DNA of 64,000 bases from Nitrosopumilus sp. (GCA_965214775.1 OZ243974.1:832001-896000), one strand, 5' to 3'; shown: positions 9,078 through 19,351, numbered from the stretch's first letter. Numbers and translations are program-made. The notes: generated from the letters alone by a model not told the origin.

Positions 9078-10868
9078 ATGCACAAGAACTTACAATTATT
9101 TGCAGTCATGGTTTTTGCAGGAGTTTTGGTTACTTCAGTTCCCATGCAATCCGGATTTTCAGATACTGGATTTTCCAACGTAAAGAAGGCAACAGGCATA
9201 ATTATGAAGTTCTGTGAAAATCACGCGATTGTTCTAAATGATTGCATAGAAAAATATGACGGCTATACTTGGACTGACAGAGTTAATGTATTGATTTGGG
9301 CTCCGGGCTGGAATAATGATTCTGATAGTATAGATAAAATTGGCGAATCCGAAGGCACACCAATTACTGTTTCTACTAGAGCCGAATCAGTCGATACTGC
9401 AGTCTTTACCGAAACCGGCCCAGACACGGGAGTTTTCTTTGGCGTTGTAAAGTTATCTGGTCAGCATTTCACTGTTCATGATGAAAATGGCTCTGAGGTC
9501 AAGGGACACGGACATTTGTCAAGCAATTATGGAACCATTGTCAGTTCAGACTGTAGGGATCCAAATGAATCATCAGGAGGGCATAGTCACGGGTTTTTAA
9601 TTCCATTAATCAAGTTACAACATTTACTATTCTCAGCAGTCATGTATGATTTCATTCCAAATGCACATGGTCAGATGCATGGCGGTGATGACATGCATGG
9701 CGGTGATGACATGCATGGCGGTGATGACATGCATGGCGGTGATGACATGCATGGCGGTGATGACATGCATGGCGGTGATGACATGCATGGCGGTGATGAC
9801 ATGCATGGCGGTGATGACATGCATGGCGGTGATGACATGACAGATATTCCTACCTGTTCGAACAAGGGAGTTATTGGAAGCGCATTAGATGTTGCAGTTA
9901 GAGTTCCAACGGATTTACAAAATGGCGCAGTAACTGTTTCATGGGAGCCAAATGAGGACACTATAATTACCAAGACAGCAACTTGGGAATGGAGAACCGG
10001 AGAGATTTACTTTCAGAAAGATATGTACACAGTTGACGAATCGATAAAATTCACATTACATGATGCAGATTTATGGATTCATCACGCAGATTTCTTTACT
10101 TATTGGATGCGTGTGTATTCTGACAGCGATCAGGCAGGAATTTTCGTTCCAGTGCAATTCCAACCAAATCATGATCATGGAACTGAACCTGCATACGAAG
10201 GCGTGACTCAGAAACTGACTGAACCGGCCGCCTCATCACTTACAAAGTATACCCCTGATGGCGAATACAAGATCTACTTTTGGTGGCAACCAGGCGGCGT
10301 AATAGGTGTCGACCAAGATTATGACCTAAACATCATGGTTCATGACGGAATGACAGACATTCATCAAACACATCTTAGCTATGATATGGAAATTTATCTT
10401 AATGGCCAACTGATAGATGTTAGAGAAGATAGGTTCTCCGGTGACGGCCAAGGAATCGAAACGGTAAACTTTGCCGAAAGAGGCTCTGCAAAAGTTATCA
10501 TCAAGAACATCTTTGGAAATGACGTTGAACAAGATTTCTCCTTCCAAGTTGCCCCTGAAGCAATAATTGAAGAACTTGTTCCAAGACATCATGCATTTGA
10601 TACCCCCGTTGACGAATATGAAGGACGATATGGTGCTCACTACATTAACGTACTTGAGGGTGAATTCTATGTAACCCTTGAAGACGCTTCGTCAGAGCAA
10701 GACAGGCTCAGAGTCAATAATGGCGACACGATCACAGTAGAGTATGTCGACTTGACCTTGCCAGAGCCGTACACTTCTGCAGATTCGGTTGATATTCAGG
10801 CAACGACAACGGTTTATGATGTAAAGAACCCATTTGCCAAGGTTTCTGCAGAAAATACCTCCTCATAA
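9078..10868 (+). CDS. exported His/Met-rich protein with (MHGGDD)9
   Basis: Signal peptide, ETGPDTGVF motif, GHGH/GGHSHG segments and a repeat tract. Confidence 0.8.
   Translation: MHKNLQLFAVMVFAGVLVTSVPMQSGFSDTGFSNVKKATGIIMKFCENHAIVLNDCIEKYDGYTWTDRVNVLIWAPGWNNDSDSIDKIGESEGTPITVSTRAESVDTAVFTETGPDTGVFFGVVKLSGQHFTVHDENGSEVKGHGHLSSNYGTIVSSDCRDPNESSGGHSHGFLIPLIKLQHLLFSAVMYDFIPNAHGQMHGGDDMHGGDDMHGGDDMHGGDDMHGGDDMHGGDDMHGGDDMHGGDDMHGGDDMTDIPTCSNKGVIGSALDVAVRVPTDLQNGAVTVSWEPNEDTIITKTATWEWRTGEIYFQKDMYTVDESIKFTLHDADLWIHHADFFTYWMRVYSDSDQAGIFVPVQFQPNHDHGTEPAYEGVTQKLTEPAASSLTKYTPDGEYKIYFWWQPGGVIGVDQDYDLNIMVHDGMTDIHQTHLSYDMEIYLNGQLIDVREDRFSGDGQGIETVNFAERGSAKVIIKNIFGNDVEQDFSFQVAPEAIIEELVPRHHAFDTPVDEYEGRYGAHYINVLEGEFYVTLEDASSEQDRLRVNNGDTITVEYVDLTLPEPYTSADSVDIQATTTVYDVKNPFAKVSAENTSS
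9675..9836 (+). repeat. perfect 18-bp tandem repeat x9 (atgcatggcggtgatgac)
   Basis: 162 bp = 9 units, in frame. Confidence 0.97.
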
Positions 10869-10988
10869 ATAATCAAGGCACCCGCCGAGTCCAACAGATG
10901 AGGGAACGAAATGTATTCAAGAAACAAAACCCAACATTGTCTCGATTACATCTTAAATTTCAATTCCAACGCAGGCAAAGAAGAATGC

Positions 10989-11220
10989 ATGCGACGGTGG
11001 TTCAATGGGCAAATCAATGAACCAGAGTTTGCAAAGGGAATCGGATGTTTGGTTCAAGAAAGAATTATTGGTGTTAAGAAAACTGGTGAACTAACAAAAG
11101 AAGTTGGTGATGCAAACATTACATCTGTTCCAATACGGGTTGGAAATAATGCGGCATGATGGAGGTCTGAGAGTCAATTGACTGGTGTCGACTTTGCAAA
11201 CGGAACCAAATGCTTGATTT
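10989..11220 (+). pseudogene. degenerate remnant of a thaumarchaeal W-W motif domain
   Basis: RWFNGQINEPEFAKGIGCLVQERII...VPIRVGNNAA*W, with an in-frame stop at a Trp position. Confidence 0.55.
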
Positions 11221-11287
11221 CAGCAGGTCCAATCAATCAAAGTTTAAAACATTTATTGAGTTCAAGTCATTTTGTCAAATGAATCAA

Positions 11288-13180
11288 ATGAAAACAAAGT
11301 CTCTGATTTTTTCTTTGTTTGTTTTATTTGCAATCAGTACAATACAAACCGCCTCTGCCGGCGGGTCAGGAAGTGAGCAGAGTGACGTTTTATTCATCAA
11401 TGACAGTTACTACAAAGTCGGATTAGAGACAGAGCCATCTGTCTTGGAGGGAAATGAAGAATTTGTCGTGTTCAATATTTCAACAATTAACGATGACACC
11501 CAAGAAATAATCTCCAATGTCAAATACAAAGTTGAGATTTTTGATACCAGTAATAATAATAATCTGATTGTCAATTACACTGCTTTTTCGCCTGATGACA
11601 AGCTGCATTCAAGAATTGTTCCTAATTCCGAGATTCGCTTTACAGGAGAATCTATTGGGGATGGTTCCTGGCTAGCATCAGGTGATTCCCCACTAGTAGT
11701 TGATGCCCCGTTATTTCAACAAGGAGGCCTGGTCGATGTTTTTGTCACAATTTTATCAATTGATTCTGAACCTGTCTCGGGAGCAAACACCACATTTCAA
11801 ATTCGATTTACGATGGGCGAATTCATCCCGTTTTCTGTAGAGATTGATGGCACCCAAGCGAGTCTGATGTTTGCCACATATTTTGAAGATATTGAGCAGT
11901 TCCATTTTGATGAGAACGAAAAAAAGCTGACTGCATTCATGCCGTTTGATTGGAACAAAGAATTTATCGAATCCATTCCGTTTGTTCATGCCGAATATTA
12001 CATTCCAAAAACCATAGACATGTTTGAAAATCATGAAATCGTTTTGACTGTAAATGATATTCCGTATTTTGGAACAATTGATCGTTCTGGTGATGAAGAA
12101 ACGGTGATTCATTTTTTGCTTTCTTCTTCAAAACTATTGAAAATGATTGGTGATATTCCTGCTGAACAACGAGGTGTGATGACTTTTGGGATTGAACCCG
12201 GAAAAGCTAGGGAAGTTCAAAAATCCGACGCGTCTCTTGAGGATGGCGATAAGATGATTTTATTATCCACCGAAGAAGATTGGAAGTTTCATCTATCGCT
12301 ATCTCCTGCCGGAAAGATAAATCCCAAAGAACAAATCACGTTAAATTTAGAATTTCATGATCCTGTTACAAATTCCATAATTCCTCAGATTACCTATGAC
12401 ATTGATGTTTTTCTAAATGGAAAAATTATCGAGTCTAGAGTCGGACAAGAGACTCCTGACGGAGTTGATGCAATCAAGGTCACGTTTGACAAAGTAGGGG
12501 CCGTAATTGTTAGAATTTCCAATGTAAATAATTTTGATACCTCGGGCCAGTTTTCATTCAAGGTCACCGAGCCAAAAAGTGAGCCGATGGTGGTGGCGGT
12601 TCCAGATGATCAACATGTTGATATTGCCAAGGGAACTTCCCTTCCCGGATGTGAAAAAGACGATTCGTGTTATTTGCCATCATCAATAACAATTCAAACA
12701 AACGAGGTTGTTTGGTGGTACAATCTGGATGATGTCGCACATACGGTTACTTCGGGAAGCCCCAGTGGGGGGCCATCCGGTATTTTTGACAGCAGTGTTG
12801 TTGCCGGAGGCAAAACCTTCTCGTTCGAATTTGAAGGTAAAGGCACTTTTGATTACTTTTGCTCCCTTCATCCTTGGATGACAGGCACTGTAATTGTAAG
12901 AGGCGATTCTGAGCCCGGCGTGCCTGAATGGATAAAAAACAACGCCAAATGGTGGGGAGAAGGACAAATCAATGACTCAGATTTTGCAGCGGGACTAGAA
13001 TTTTTAGTTAAAGAAAATGTAATCAATGTTTCAAAAAGTACCAAGGCTGAATCGTCTGAGGACTCGATTCCTGCCTGGCTTAGAAATACCGCAAAATGGT
13101 GGGCCGATGACTTGCTGTCCGACTCTGAATTCCTTCGAGGAGTCGAGTGGATGATAAAAAATGGAATCATTACGGTGTAA
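11288..13180 (+). CDS. exported plastocyanin/cupredoxin-domain protein
   Basis: Type-1 Cu motif AHTVTSG...YFCSLHPWM; C-terminal VPEWIKNNAKWW / IPAWLRNTAKWW. Confidence 0.9.
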   Translation: MKTKSLIFSLFVLFAISTIQTASAGGSGSEQSDVLFINDSYYKVGLETEPSVLEGNEEFVVFNISTINDDTQEIISNVKYKVEIFDTSNNNNLIVNYTAFSPDDKLHSRIVPNSEIRFTGESIGDGSWLASGDSPLVVDAPLFQQGGLVDVFVTILSIDSEPVSGANTTFQIRFTMGEFIPFSVEIDGTQASLMFATYFEDIEQFHFDENEKKLTAFMPFDWNKEFIESIPFVHAEYYIPKTIDMFENHEIVLTVNDIPYFGTIDRSGDEETVIHFLLSSSKLLKMIGDIPAEQRGVMTFGIEPGKAREVQKSDASLEDGDKMILLSTEEDWKFHLSLSPAGKINPKEQITLNLEFHDPVTNSIIPQITYDIDVFLNGKIIESRVGQETPDGVDAIKVTFDKVGAVIVRISNVNNFDTSGQFSFKVTEPKSEPMVVAVPDDQHVDIAKGTSLPGCEKDDSCYLPSSITIQTNEVVWWYNLDDVAHTVTSGSPSGGPSGIFDSSVVAGGKTFSFEFEGKGTFDYFCSLHPWMTGTVIVRGDSEPGVPEWIKNNAKWWGEGQINDSDFAAGLEFLVKENVINVSKSTKAESSEDSIPAWLRNTAKWWADDLLSDSEFLRGVEWMIKNGIITV

Positions 13181-13370
13181 AATTCTAGTACATTTTAGAA
13201 ATGAACCAATTTTGTTTTTATCAACTTTGTCGAATTGCCAGTATGCAGGCCATAGTTTGATGAGAAACGTGGCAGAGTCATCTTGCTTGCCCGTTTCTCA
13301 TTTTTTTGATAAATTTGTAACAATTCTTGAATAATGTTATTATACAAATTTTTATCAGTTCAATCATCTG

Positions 13371-14129
13371 ATGCTTCCACTACGAGATGAAAATCCTCAT
13401 CCCCCAGGATTCAAACCCAAAGTAACAATTTCGTTAATCATCATTAATGTCGCAGTCTTCATTATGGAGATAGCAATAACCGGTCAATTCTGGGAGTTTT
13501 CAAATCAAAGGGCGGCATACATGTTTTTTGATTGGGGTGCAGTTCCTTCCTGTGTAACGGGATTTTCATCCATGATACAGCCAGGAATCGCGTGTCCGGA
13601 CATGCCATACATTTCCTTGCTTAGTTCCATGTTTATGCACGGAGGATTGATGCACTTGGGTGGCAATATGCTGTTTTTGTGGATATTTGGAGATAACATC
13701 GAACTGAAATTCGGCAAGGCAAAATTCCTTTTAATTTATCTCGGATGGGGGGTAGGTGCAGGACTTGCACATATTGTGTTAGACCCAGCAAGTTCTATTC
13801 CCGCAGTCGGTGCTTCGGGAGCAATCTCCGGGGTGCTGGGTGCATACTTGGCAATCTATCCCAAAGTTAGGATCACGACCTTTCTCATGCTGGGATTTTT
13901 CTGGAGAATGATGCACATCCAAGCACGATGGTTCCTGCCTTTCTGGCTGGTCTTTCAAAACCTGCTGCCTTTTTTCATAGGGGGCTTTGGTGTAGCAGGT
14001 GGCGGCGTAGCTTACATGGCACACATTGGAGGATTTGCAATAGGATTTGCCACGGGATATCTGTACAAGAAAGCCCATAGTGCCGAGTTTACATATGGAA
14101 CACGCTATGGATACAGGCCAGACTATTGA
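13371..14129 (+). CDS. rhomboid intramembrane serine protease
   Basis: SMFMHGGLMHLGGNM, GASGAISG, AHIGGF. Confidence 0.93.
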   Translation: MLPLRDENPHPPGFKPKVTISLIIINVAVFIMEIAITGQFWEFSNQRAAYMFFDWGAVPSCVTGFSSMIQPGIACPDMPYISLLSSMFMHGGLMHLGGNMLFLWIFGDNIELKFGKAKFLLIYLGWGVGAGLAHIVLDPASSIPAVGASGAISGVLGAYLAIYPKVRITTFLMLGFFWRMMHIQARWFLPFWLVFQNLLPFFIGGFGVAGGGVAYMAHIGGFAIGFATGYLYKKAHSAEFTYGTRYGYRPDY

Positions 14130-14161
14130 AAGAATAAATCGCCGTAAACTTTTGGTAAGTT

Positions 14162-14338
14162 ATGCCATTGATTACAGTTTCAATGTATCCTGGAAGAACT
14201 CAGGAACAAAAAAACGAGTACGCAAAAGCAATCACAAAGGCCGCAGTCGACATTCTTAAAACAAAGGAAAACCACGTTATTGTTGTCTTTGAAGACAATC
14301 CAAAAGAAAATTGGTTTTTGGCGGGAAACCAGCTTTAA
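14162..14338 (+). CDS. 4-oxalocrotonate tautomerase family protein (58 aa, below ORF-track cutoff)
   Basis: MPLITVSMYPGRTQEQK...ENWFLAG with N-terminal catalytic Pro. Confidence 0.9.
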   Translation: MPLITVSMYPGRTQEQKNEYAKAITKAAVDILKTKENHVIVVFEDNPKENWFLAGNQL

Positions 14339-14397
14339 TTCTTTTTAAAATGATCATGCTCCGTCAAAGCATGCGGCCACCTGTTCCTTGACTGTTG

Positions 14398-14475
14398 GAC
14401 TTTGTTCGTAATCGACCCGAATGAGACGAATTTGTTCGTAATAGTCCCAGATGTGAACCGATTACGCATAAAGTC
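14398..14475. mobile_element. 78-bp MITE related to the IS5/ISL2-type element at 48257
   Basis: gactttgttcgtaatcgacc...cgattacgcataaagtc ends match the TIRs at 48257/49791. Confidence 0.8.
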
Positions 14476-14836
14476 ATTTGTAGGCATTTTGATCTGTTTG
14501 ATGGAGGTCCATTCATGCATGATCCGATTGCCAATTTCGAATCAACTCCCTTGCATAACCCGGCAACTCGATAAACCATCCATGACAGTCAGGCGTTCTA
14601 CTGCCATTCTGCTGTGACCCATGGCCTCTAGTTGCATGCAGGTCACCAATAACACCCCATGACAATGACCTGTCATCTCCTCGGACTGGCTTTCGTCGTA
14701 TTGACTCCACCAGGCCACGAGAACGATGGCAAGAACGTGAGATCCAAAGCTGTTCTTATGAGACAATATCGATCAGCCTGTCATTTGTTATACAAAGCAA
14801 ATGATCAGACTGGAAAACCCAGTCCAAGTATTATAT

Positions 14837-14957
14837 CAGTCTTCCCAGAAGTAACCAGGAAAACGGCTCCAATCTTGAAACATCTCAAACTAGGCTTCCT
14901 GCAGATCCACACATTGCCGTCTCCGCCGACACGGGTCGTGTACATCTGGGAAGACTG
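14837..14957. mobile_element. 121-bp ISH3-related MITE
   Basis: cagtcttcccaga...tctgggaagactg; equal-length copies at 17837 and 61349. Confidence 0.85.
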
Positions 14958-14985
14958 AGAAATAAGAAAAGTATTAAAGGGCTAT

Positions 14986-16749
14986 GTGCCTTTTACAAAT
15001 GTGTCTAGATCACAATCTGAACTAGCTGTTTTTGGCAGGATTTCCAAAGAGAAAATTATTGAACTTTGTGATTTTTTTAGCAATGAAATACCATACGTGC
15101 CACCAGACTTGTCTAAATTAAAAAGGATTTTAGGAAATGGATTTGTGATGGATGATATTGCGGAATTAGGAGCCGCATTTTATAACTTCGTCATAGGAAA
15201 ACGTAACCCAGAAAAAATCTTTGAAATCATCGATATGTCAAAATTAGATGCAGACAAAAAGAGCGTAGTATCTACGTCAGCCATTTGTTCATCTTTACCA
15301 CCTTTATCTCGCCCCTGCGCGTCATACTGCGCAGTGATCTCTGCATCTCCTTGACGGTCTTGTAAAGGCAGTTTGAAGTCGCCTTTTTGAACCCGCGCCA
15401 CTGCCCCTCCGAGTTGTTAAGATCCGGCGCGTACGGCGGCAGGTACTTTAGCACCACGTCCCCGTTCCACTTGGCCATCTTTCTATTGAGTTCTGCTGAC
15501 TTGTGGTACGATGCGTTGTCGACAAACAACAACACCTTGCCGTACTTGCGGCGCAGTGTCCTGAGAAACTTGTAGAACGTTCCCGTGTTGGCCTTTTCGT
15601 AAAAGCGATAGTCAAACCTGTTTCTTGAGAGGGCCCCTATGACATAGAACCGCTTCCTAGACAGGCTGACGGGCGTATAGACCGGCTCTCCTACGGGGTA
15701 CCAGCTGTTCTTGACGTTCCATCCCAGTATGAACATGGACTCGTCGCCTATCATTACCGTGTACCCCTTTTTTGAATAGTACTTTGCGCTCTGCCTAGCT
15801 TTTTTTTTGAACTCCTTTTTCTCGGATTCTGAGGCTGATTTTGGGTGTTTTGGCCTGGGCTTTCTGCATGAGAAGCCGATTCTGTGCAGCAGGTCGTACA
15901 TGCTCGTTTCTGCATACGTGATGCCGAACTTCTTTTTGACGTGGGCAATGACCAGCGGCCCTGTCCATGTTGTGGCCTTAAAGCCGCAGTTGTCCGGGCC
16001 CTTGATCAGGTCTGCGCGCAGCCGTTCAAGCTGTTTCTTGTCGAGCCTGCACGGGGCGCCATGCTTTATGTCAAACCTGCCCTCCAGGCCATGCTTGTGC
16101 GCACGCACCAGCCAGTATCGTACGGTTCCATACGGCCTGCTCAGCTTCTCGGCAATATCATATATGCTCGCGCCGCACTTTCTCATGTGGTATGCAAGGA
16201 GCCGGATTGCCGCCTTGGCGTCCTTCTCGGACTTGTGCATCCTAAAAAGCTCGTCCTTGCTTGCTATCCCGTACAGGAACGCTGTTCCCGTCGGTAATTC
16301 CTTCTTTCCTTTCATGTGTATATATGGGACTAATAGCTCTTAGATCCTTTGGTTGAAAAAAATTGTCCTTTTTGTGATCAATTGGTAGCCGAGGATACTA
16401 CGTGCTAAAGGAAGCTGTGAAAAAAATCCATGCTGAAACTGATTTAGACAAAGTATCCACCAGTATCACCTCTGAATTTTTGAGAGTATTCGGGTATCCA
16501 CACGTCCATCGGATTGGCACTGTGACCGAGTTCAGACCCATCTCCAGAGACAAAGGCATTACAAAAATTGTTCCCTCTTTGATTGTAAGCGTAAATATTC
16601 ATGATTTGGACACTGATAAAACAGTCAACTTTCAGCTTGGGTTAAAGGAGGTCGAAGAATTTGTCGAGGAATTAAATAAAGGGGCCCGCTCATTAAAAAT
16701 TGAAATGCAGGATCTTCGAGATAAGTTTGGTGAGGATATAATTGATTAG
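14986..16749 (+). pseudogene. ~208-aa COMM-domain-like protein split by IS630
   Basis: Removing 15266-16400 plus one CG copy joins ...DADKKS to VLKEAV... in frame (93+115 aa). C-terminus YPHV...TEFRPI...PSLIVSVNI...TVNFQLGLKEVEEFVEEL resembles a COMM domain. Confidence 0.6.
15266..16400 (-). mobile_element. IS630-family element; transposase 15272-16315
   Basis: HTH, winged-HTH (W...LHRIGFSCRKPRP), DES, DNASYH, LPPYAPDLN; ends tagtatc/gatacta. Confidence 0.93.
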
Positions 16750-17284
16750 ATGTATTTGGAACGAGTTGAATGATAAGCCTCATAAAAGAAAAAACAGTGA
16801 CATTAAACTGTGGGATTATTTAGATGAGCATGACGTTCATTTGCCTAGTCAATACATAAAAAAACGGAATACGATTTTGACACATCGTGCCTATTCCACC
16901 AAAAAAATATGCCATTTTCAACTGCACGCACTACATGATCAAAAAATATGGTTTGACAAAACACCGCCTTTATGTGATTATGAACGCTTTAAAGAGTTCT
17001 CAGGATTGCGGACTAGTGTTTTTACAACGCCAAATGACCCACCAAATAATGAAAACGTAGAAAACAAAAATGCGTTTGAAGACTTTCTCAGAGCCCATTT
17101 GGATGATCCGGCGTATAAAAATAAATTTATTGCATTTGTTAATGGAAAATTTCAGGCTGTCGGGGACAAAAGAAATGCGTTAATTGATGAAATGTATGAC
17201 AAGTTTGGCAATGTAGACATGTACGTAGACAAGGTTACGGATCACAAGCAGGTTATTCTAATAGACACTCCTGAATTTAATTGA
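16742..17284 (+). CDS. protein with C-terminal DUF5678-like domain; contains an in-frame MITE
   Basis: LDDPAYKNKFIAFVNGKFQAVGD...MYDKFG...YVDKV; start uncertain. Confidence 0.6.
   Translation: MIRCIWNELNDKPHKRKNSDIKLWDYLDEHDVHLPSQYIKKRNTILTHRAYSTKKICHFQLHALHDQKIWFDKTPPLCDYERFKEFSGLRTSVFTTPNDPPNNENVENKNAFEDFLRAHLDDPAYKNKFIAFVNGKFQAVGDKRNALIDEMYDKFGNVDMYVDKVTDHKQVILIDTPEFN
16846..16933. mobile_element. 88-bp TAG...CTA MITE
   Basis: Homologous to 1788-1875. Confidence 0.75.
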
Positions 17285-17688
17285 CGTTGCAATTTAGACA
17301 TGACAAGAGGGATAATCCTAGCTCCTTAATTCTAGATCTAATTGTATGGAATAAATTTGGAGATTCTTTTCAAGAAAAAGGAAAAATTGACACGGGCGCA
17401 AGCCATACTGTAATACCAGATTATCTGGTCAGCACACTAAAATTGAAAAAGACGAGGGAGGCGATTGTAAAATCTGTAAGCGGGATGGAATCAGAGCATT
17501 TCAACTACTTTGTAGCCATACAAATTGGGGGGATAAAGTTTGATCGCTTTGAGGTGGTTGCAATGCCAAAAGACTATGTTCTTTTAGGCAGGGATTTAAT
17601 TAATTTGTGGAAATTAAAAATTGATGGGCAAGCTGAAACATATTCGATAGATCCTTGGTCGACGAATCCTGATGATGTCAAACAGTAA
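17281..17688 (+). CDS. retropepsin-like (clan AA) aspartic protease
   Basis: KIDTGASHTVIP...LLGRDLI; TTGA overlap with the upstream gene. Confidence 0.9.
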   Translation: MTLQFRHDKRDNPSSLILDLIVWNKFGDSFQEKGKIDTGASHTVIPDYLVSTLKLKKTREAIVKSVSGMESEHFNYFVAIQIGGIKFDRFEVVAMPKDYVLLGRDLINLWKLKIDGQAETYSIDPWSTNPDDVKQ

Positions 17689-17740
17689 AGTATGGGGCTC
17701 ATCCACCACCACTGCCGCCTAGGATCACCTGGACGAAGGG

Positions 17741-17860
17741 GTGGCAATATCAGAATGTTGTGCAGTCTTCCCAGAAGTAATCCGGACATTGAATACCTGG
17801 GCGTGCAAAGAATCGTGGCAATATCAGAATGTTGTGCAGTCTTCCCAGAAGTAATCCGGA
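17741..17860. repeat. 46-bp direct repeat around a 28-bp insert (period 74)
   Basis: gtggcaatatcagaatgttgtgcagtcttcccagaagtaatccgga at 17741 and 17815. Confidence 0.92.
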
Positions 17861-17957
17861 AAACGGCTCCGGATTTGAAGCAGACCAAGTTATGACGCCT
17901 GCCGATTCACTTGCCACCATCTGCACAGTCATGAATAGCGTACTTCTGGGAAGACTG
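17837..17957. mobile_element. 121-bp ISH3-related MITE
   Basis: cagtcttcccagaagta...tacttctgggaagactg. Confidence 0.88.
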
Positions 17958-18081
17958 TATATGCACATACACACATGTACTGTATGATTTGTTCATCCTG
18001 CCTTTGCATAATAATAAAATGGTACATCCTGTAATTGTACCATCCCTTTATCCTTTTATTCCCATCAGTTTATTTAATCTC

Positions 18082-18915
18082 ATGAAAGTCGCAGTTGTTC
18101 AGTTCAAGGCATCAACCAAAAAGGAAGTCAACTTAGAAAAAATCACATCATACATTTCAAAGGCTGCAGCAAATAACGCAACACTGTGTACGTTTCCGGA
18201 ATTTATGATGTTTTATACAAGTTCAAAACAAACACCAAGGCAACTTGCGGATTTGTCCGAAAAAATCAACGGAAATTTCGTCTCAGGCATAGCACAAGCA
18301 GCAAAAGAAAGCAGGATTCAGGTAGTCGGTTCCTTTTATGAAAAAAGCAGAAAGAAAGACAGGGTCTATGATACCTCCTTTGTAATTGACAAAGACGGAA
18401 AGGTGGTTTCCACGTATAGGAAAATCCATCTTTACGATGCCTTGGGGTTTAAAGAGTCAGATAAGATGGCGCCAGGCTCAAGGATTGCAAAACCCGTGAA
18501 AACTTCTGTAGGAAAAATAGGAATGATGATTTGCTATGATTTGCGATTTCCTGAAATGTCCCGCCTGCTTGCAGTAGCAGGATCTGAAGTTCTGGTTGCC
18601 CCATCAGCATGGGTAAAAGGAAGAATGAAAGAAGAGCACTGGCTAACAATTAACAAGACACGTGCAATTGAAAATGGGTGTTATGTCGTTGCGCCTGATC
18701 AGGTGGGAAACATCTACTGCGGAAGAAGCGTAGTAGTTGATCCTTATGGAAAAATTTTACTTGATATGAAAAAAAAGCAGGGAATTGGCTATGCTGTCAT
18801 CGATTTGAAAAAACTCAAAGACGTCAGAAAAGTCTTGCCTCTCTTAAAGAACAGAAGAACTGACGTTTATCCTACTGCTGCTTTGAAGGCTTGGACTTTC
18901 TACTATCACAGTTAA
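18082..18915 (+). CDS. carbon-nitrogen hydrolase (nitrilase/Nit family)
   Basis: FPE, YRKIHL, ICYDLRFPE, RAIEN. Confidence 0.93.
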   Translation: MKVAVVQFKASTKKEVNLEKITSYISKAAANNATLCTFPEFMMFYTSSKQTPRQLADLSEKINGNFVSGIAQAAKESRIQVVGSFYEKSRKKDRVYDTSFVIDKDGKVVSTYRKIHLYDALGFKESDKMAPGSRIAKPVKTSVGKIGMMICYDLRFPEMSRLLAVAGSEVLVAPSAWVKGRMKEEHWLTINKTRAIENGCYVVAPDQVGNIYCGRSVVVDPYGKILLDMKKKQGIGYAVIDLKKLKDVRKVLPLLKNRRTDVYPTAALKAWTFYYHS

Positions 18916-19351
18916 AGTTTGAGCACTGCCTTGTCCATTTTTGCTTTCTTGAGTATCTGAAAATTATCATTGGCCATTTGCATACTTTGCACGGACTTTT
19001 TGTTGCGCGAAGCTTTGCCTTTTGCAGCAAGGGTGATGATGCCTTACATCCCCCATAATAATTTGAGCATCCAATGAATCTTTTTCTTGTAGTTCTTGAT
19101 CGTATAACCATTAGTTCCCCCAGCTTGCAAACAGGACACGGAACCAGGCCTTTCTTGGGAGAATTTGTTCCCAAGATAATGTATTTTTTTTCTTTTGGGG
19201 ACCAGGACAAGAAGCCGTTGCTGTCAAGATACTGCACAATCTCTTTTTTGAAACTGGCAGTTCCGGCCTTGGTTGTTCTGACAACATGTCGTCTTTTGGC
19301 TGATCTTTTTACCTGAATTGTTGCTTGCGATCTGGATTTTCTCACTGACAT
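18872..19351 (-). CDS. topoisomerase-type C4 zinc-ribbon protein
   Basis: CPVCK...RFIGCSNY...C; basic N-terminus. Confidence 0.8.
   Translation of the reverse strand: MSVRKSRSQATIQVKRSAKRRHVVRTTKAGTASFKKEIVQYLDSNGFLSWSPKEKKYIILGTNSPKKGLVPCPVCKLGELMVIRSRTTRKRFIGCSNYYGGCKASSPLLQKAKLRATKSPCKVCKWPMIIFRYSRKQKWTRQCSNFNCDSRKSKPSKQQ

Noticed and set aside
9675-9836. 18-bp repeats as a CRISPR array
   Set aside because: No spacers; in-frame coding minisatellite.
14480-14830. Several short overlapping ORFs
   Set aside because: No recognisable motif; probably decayed sequence between MITEs.
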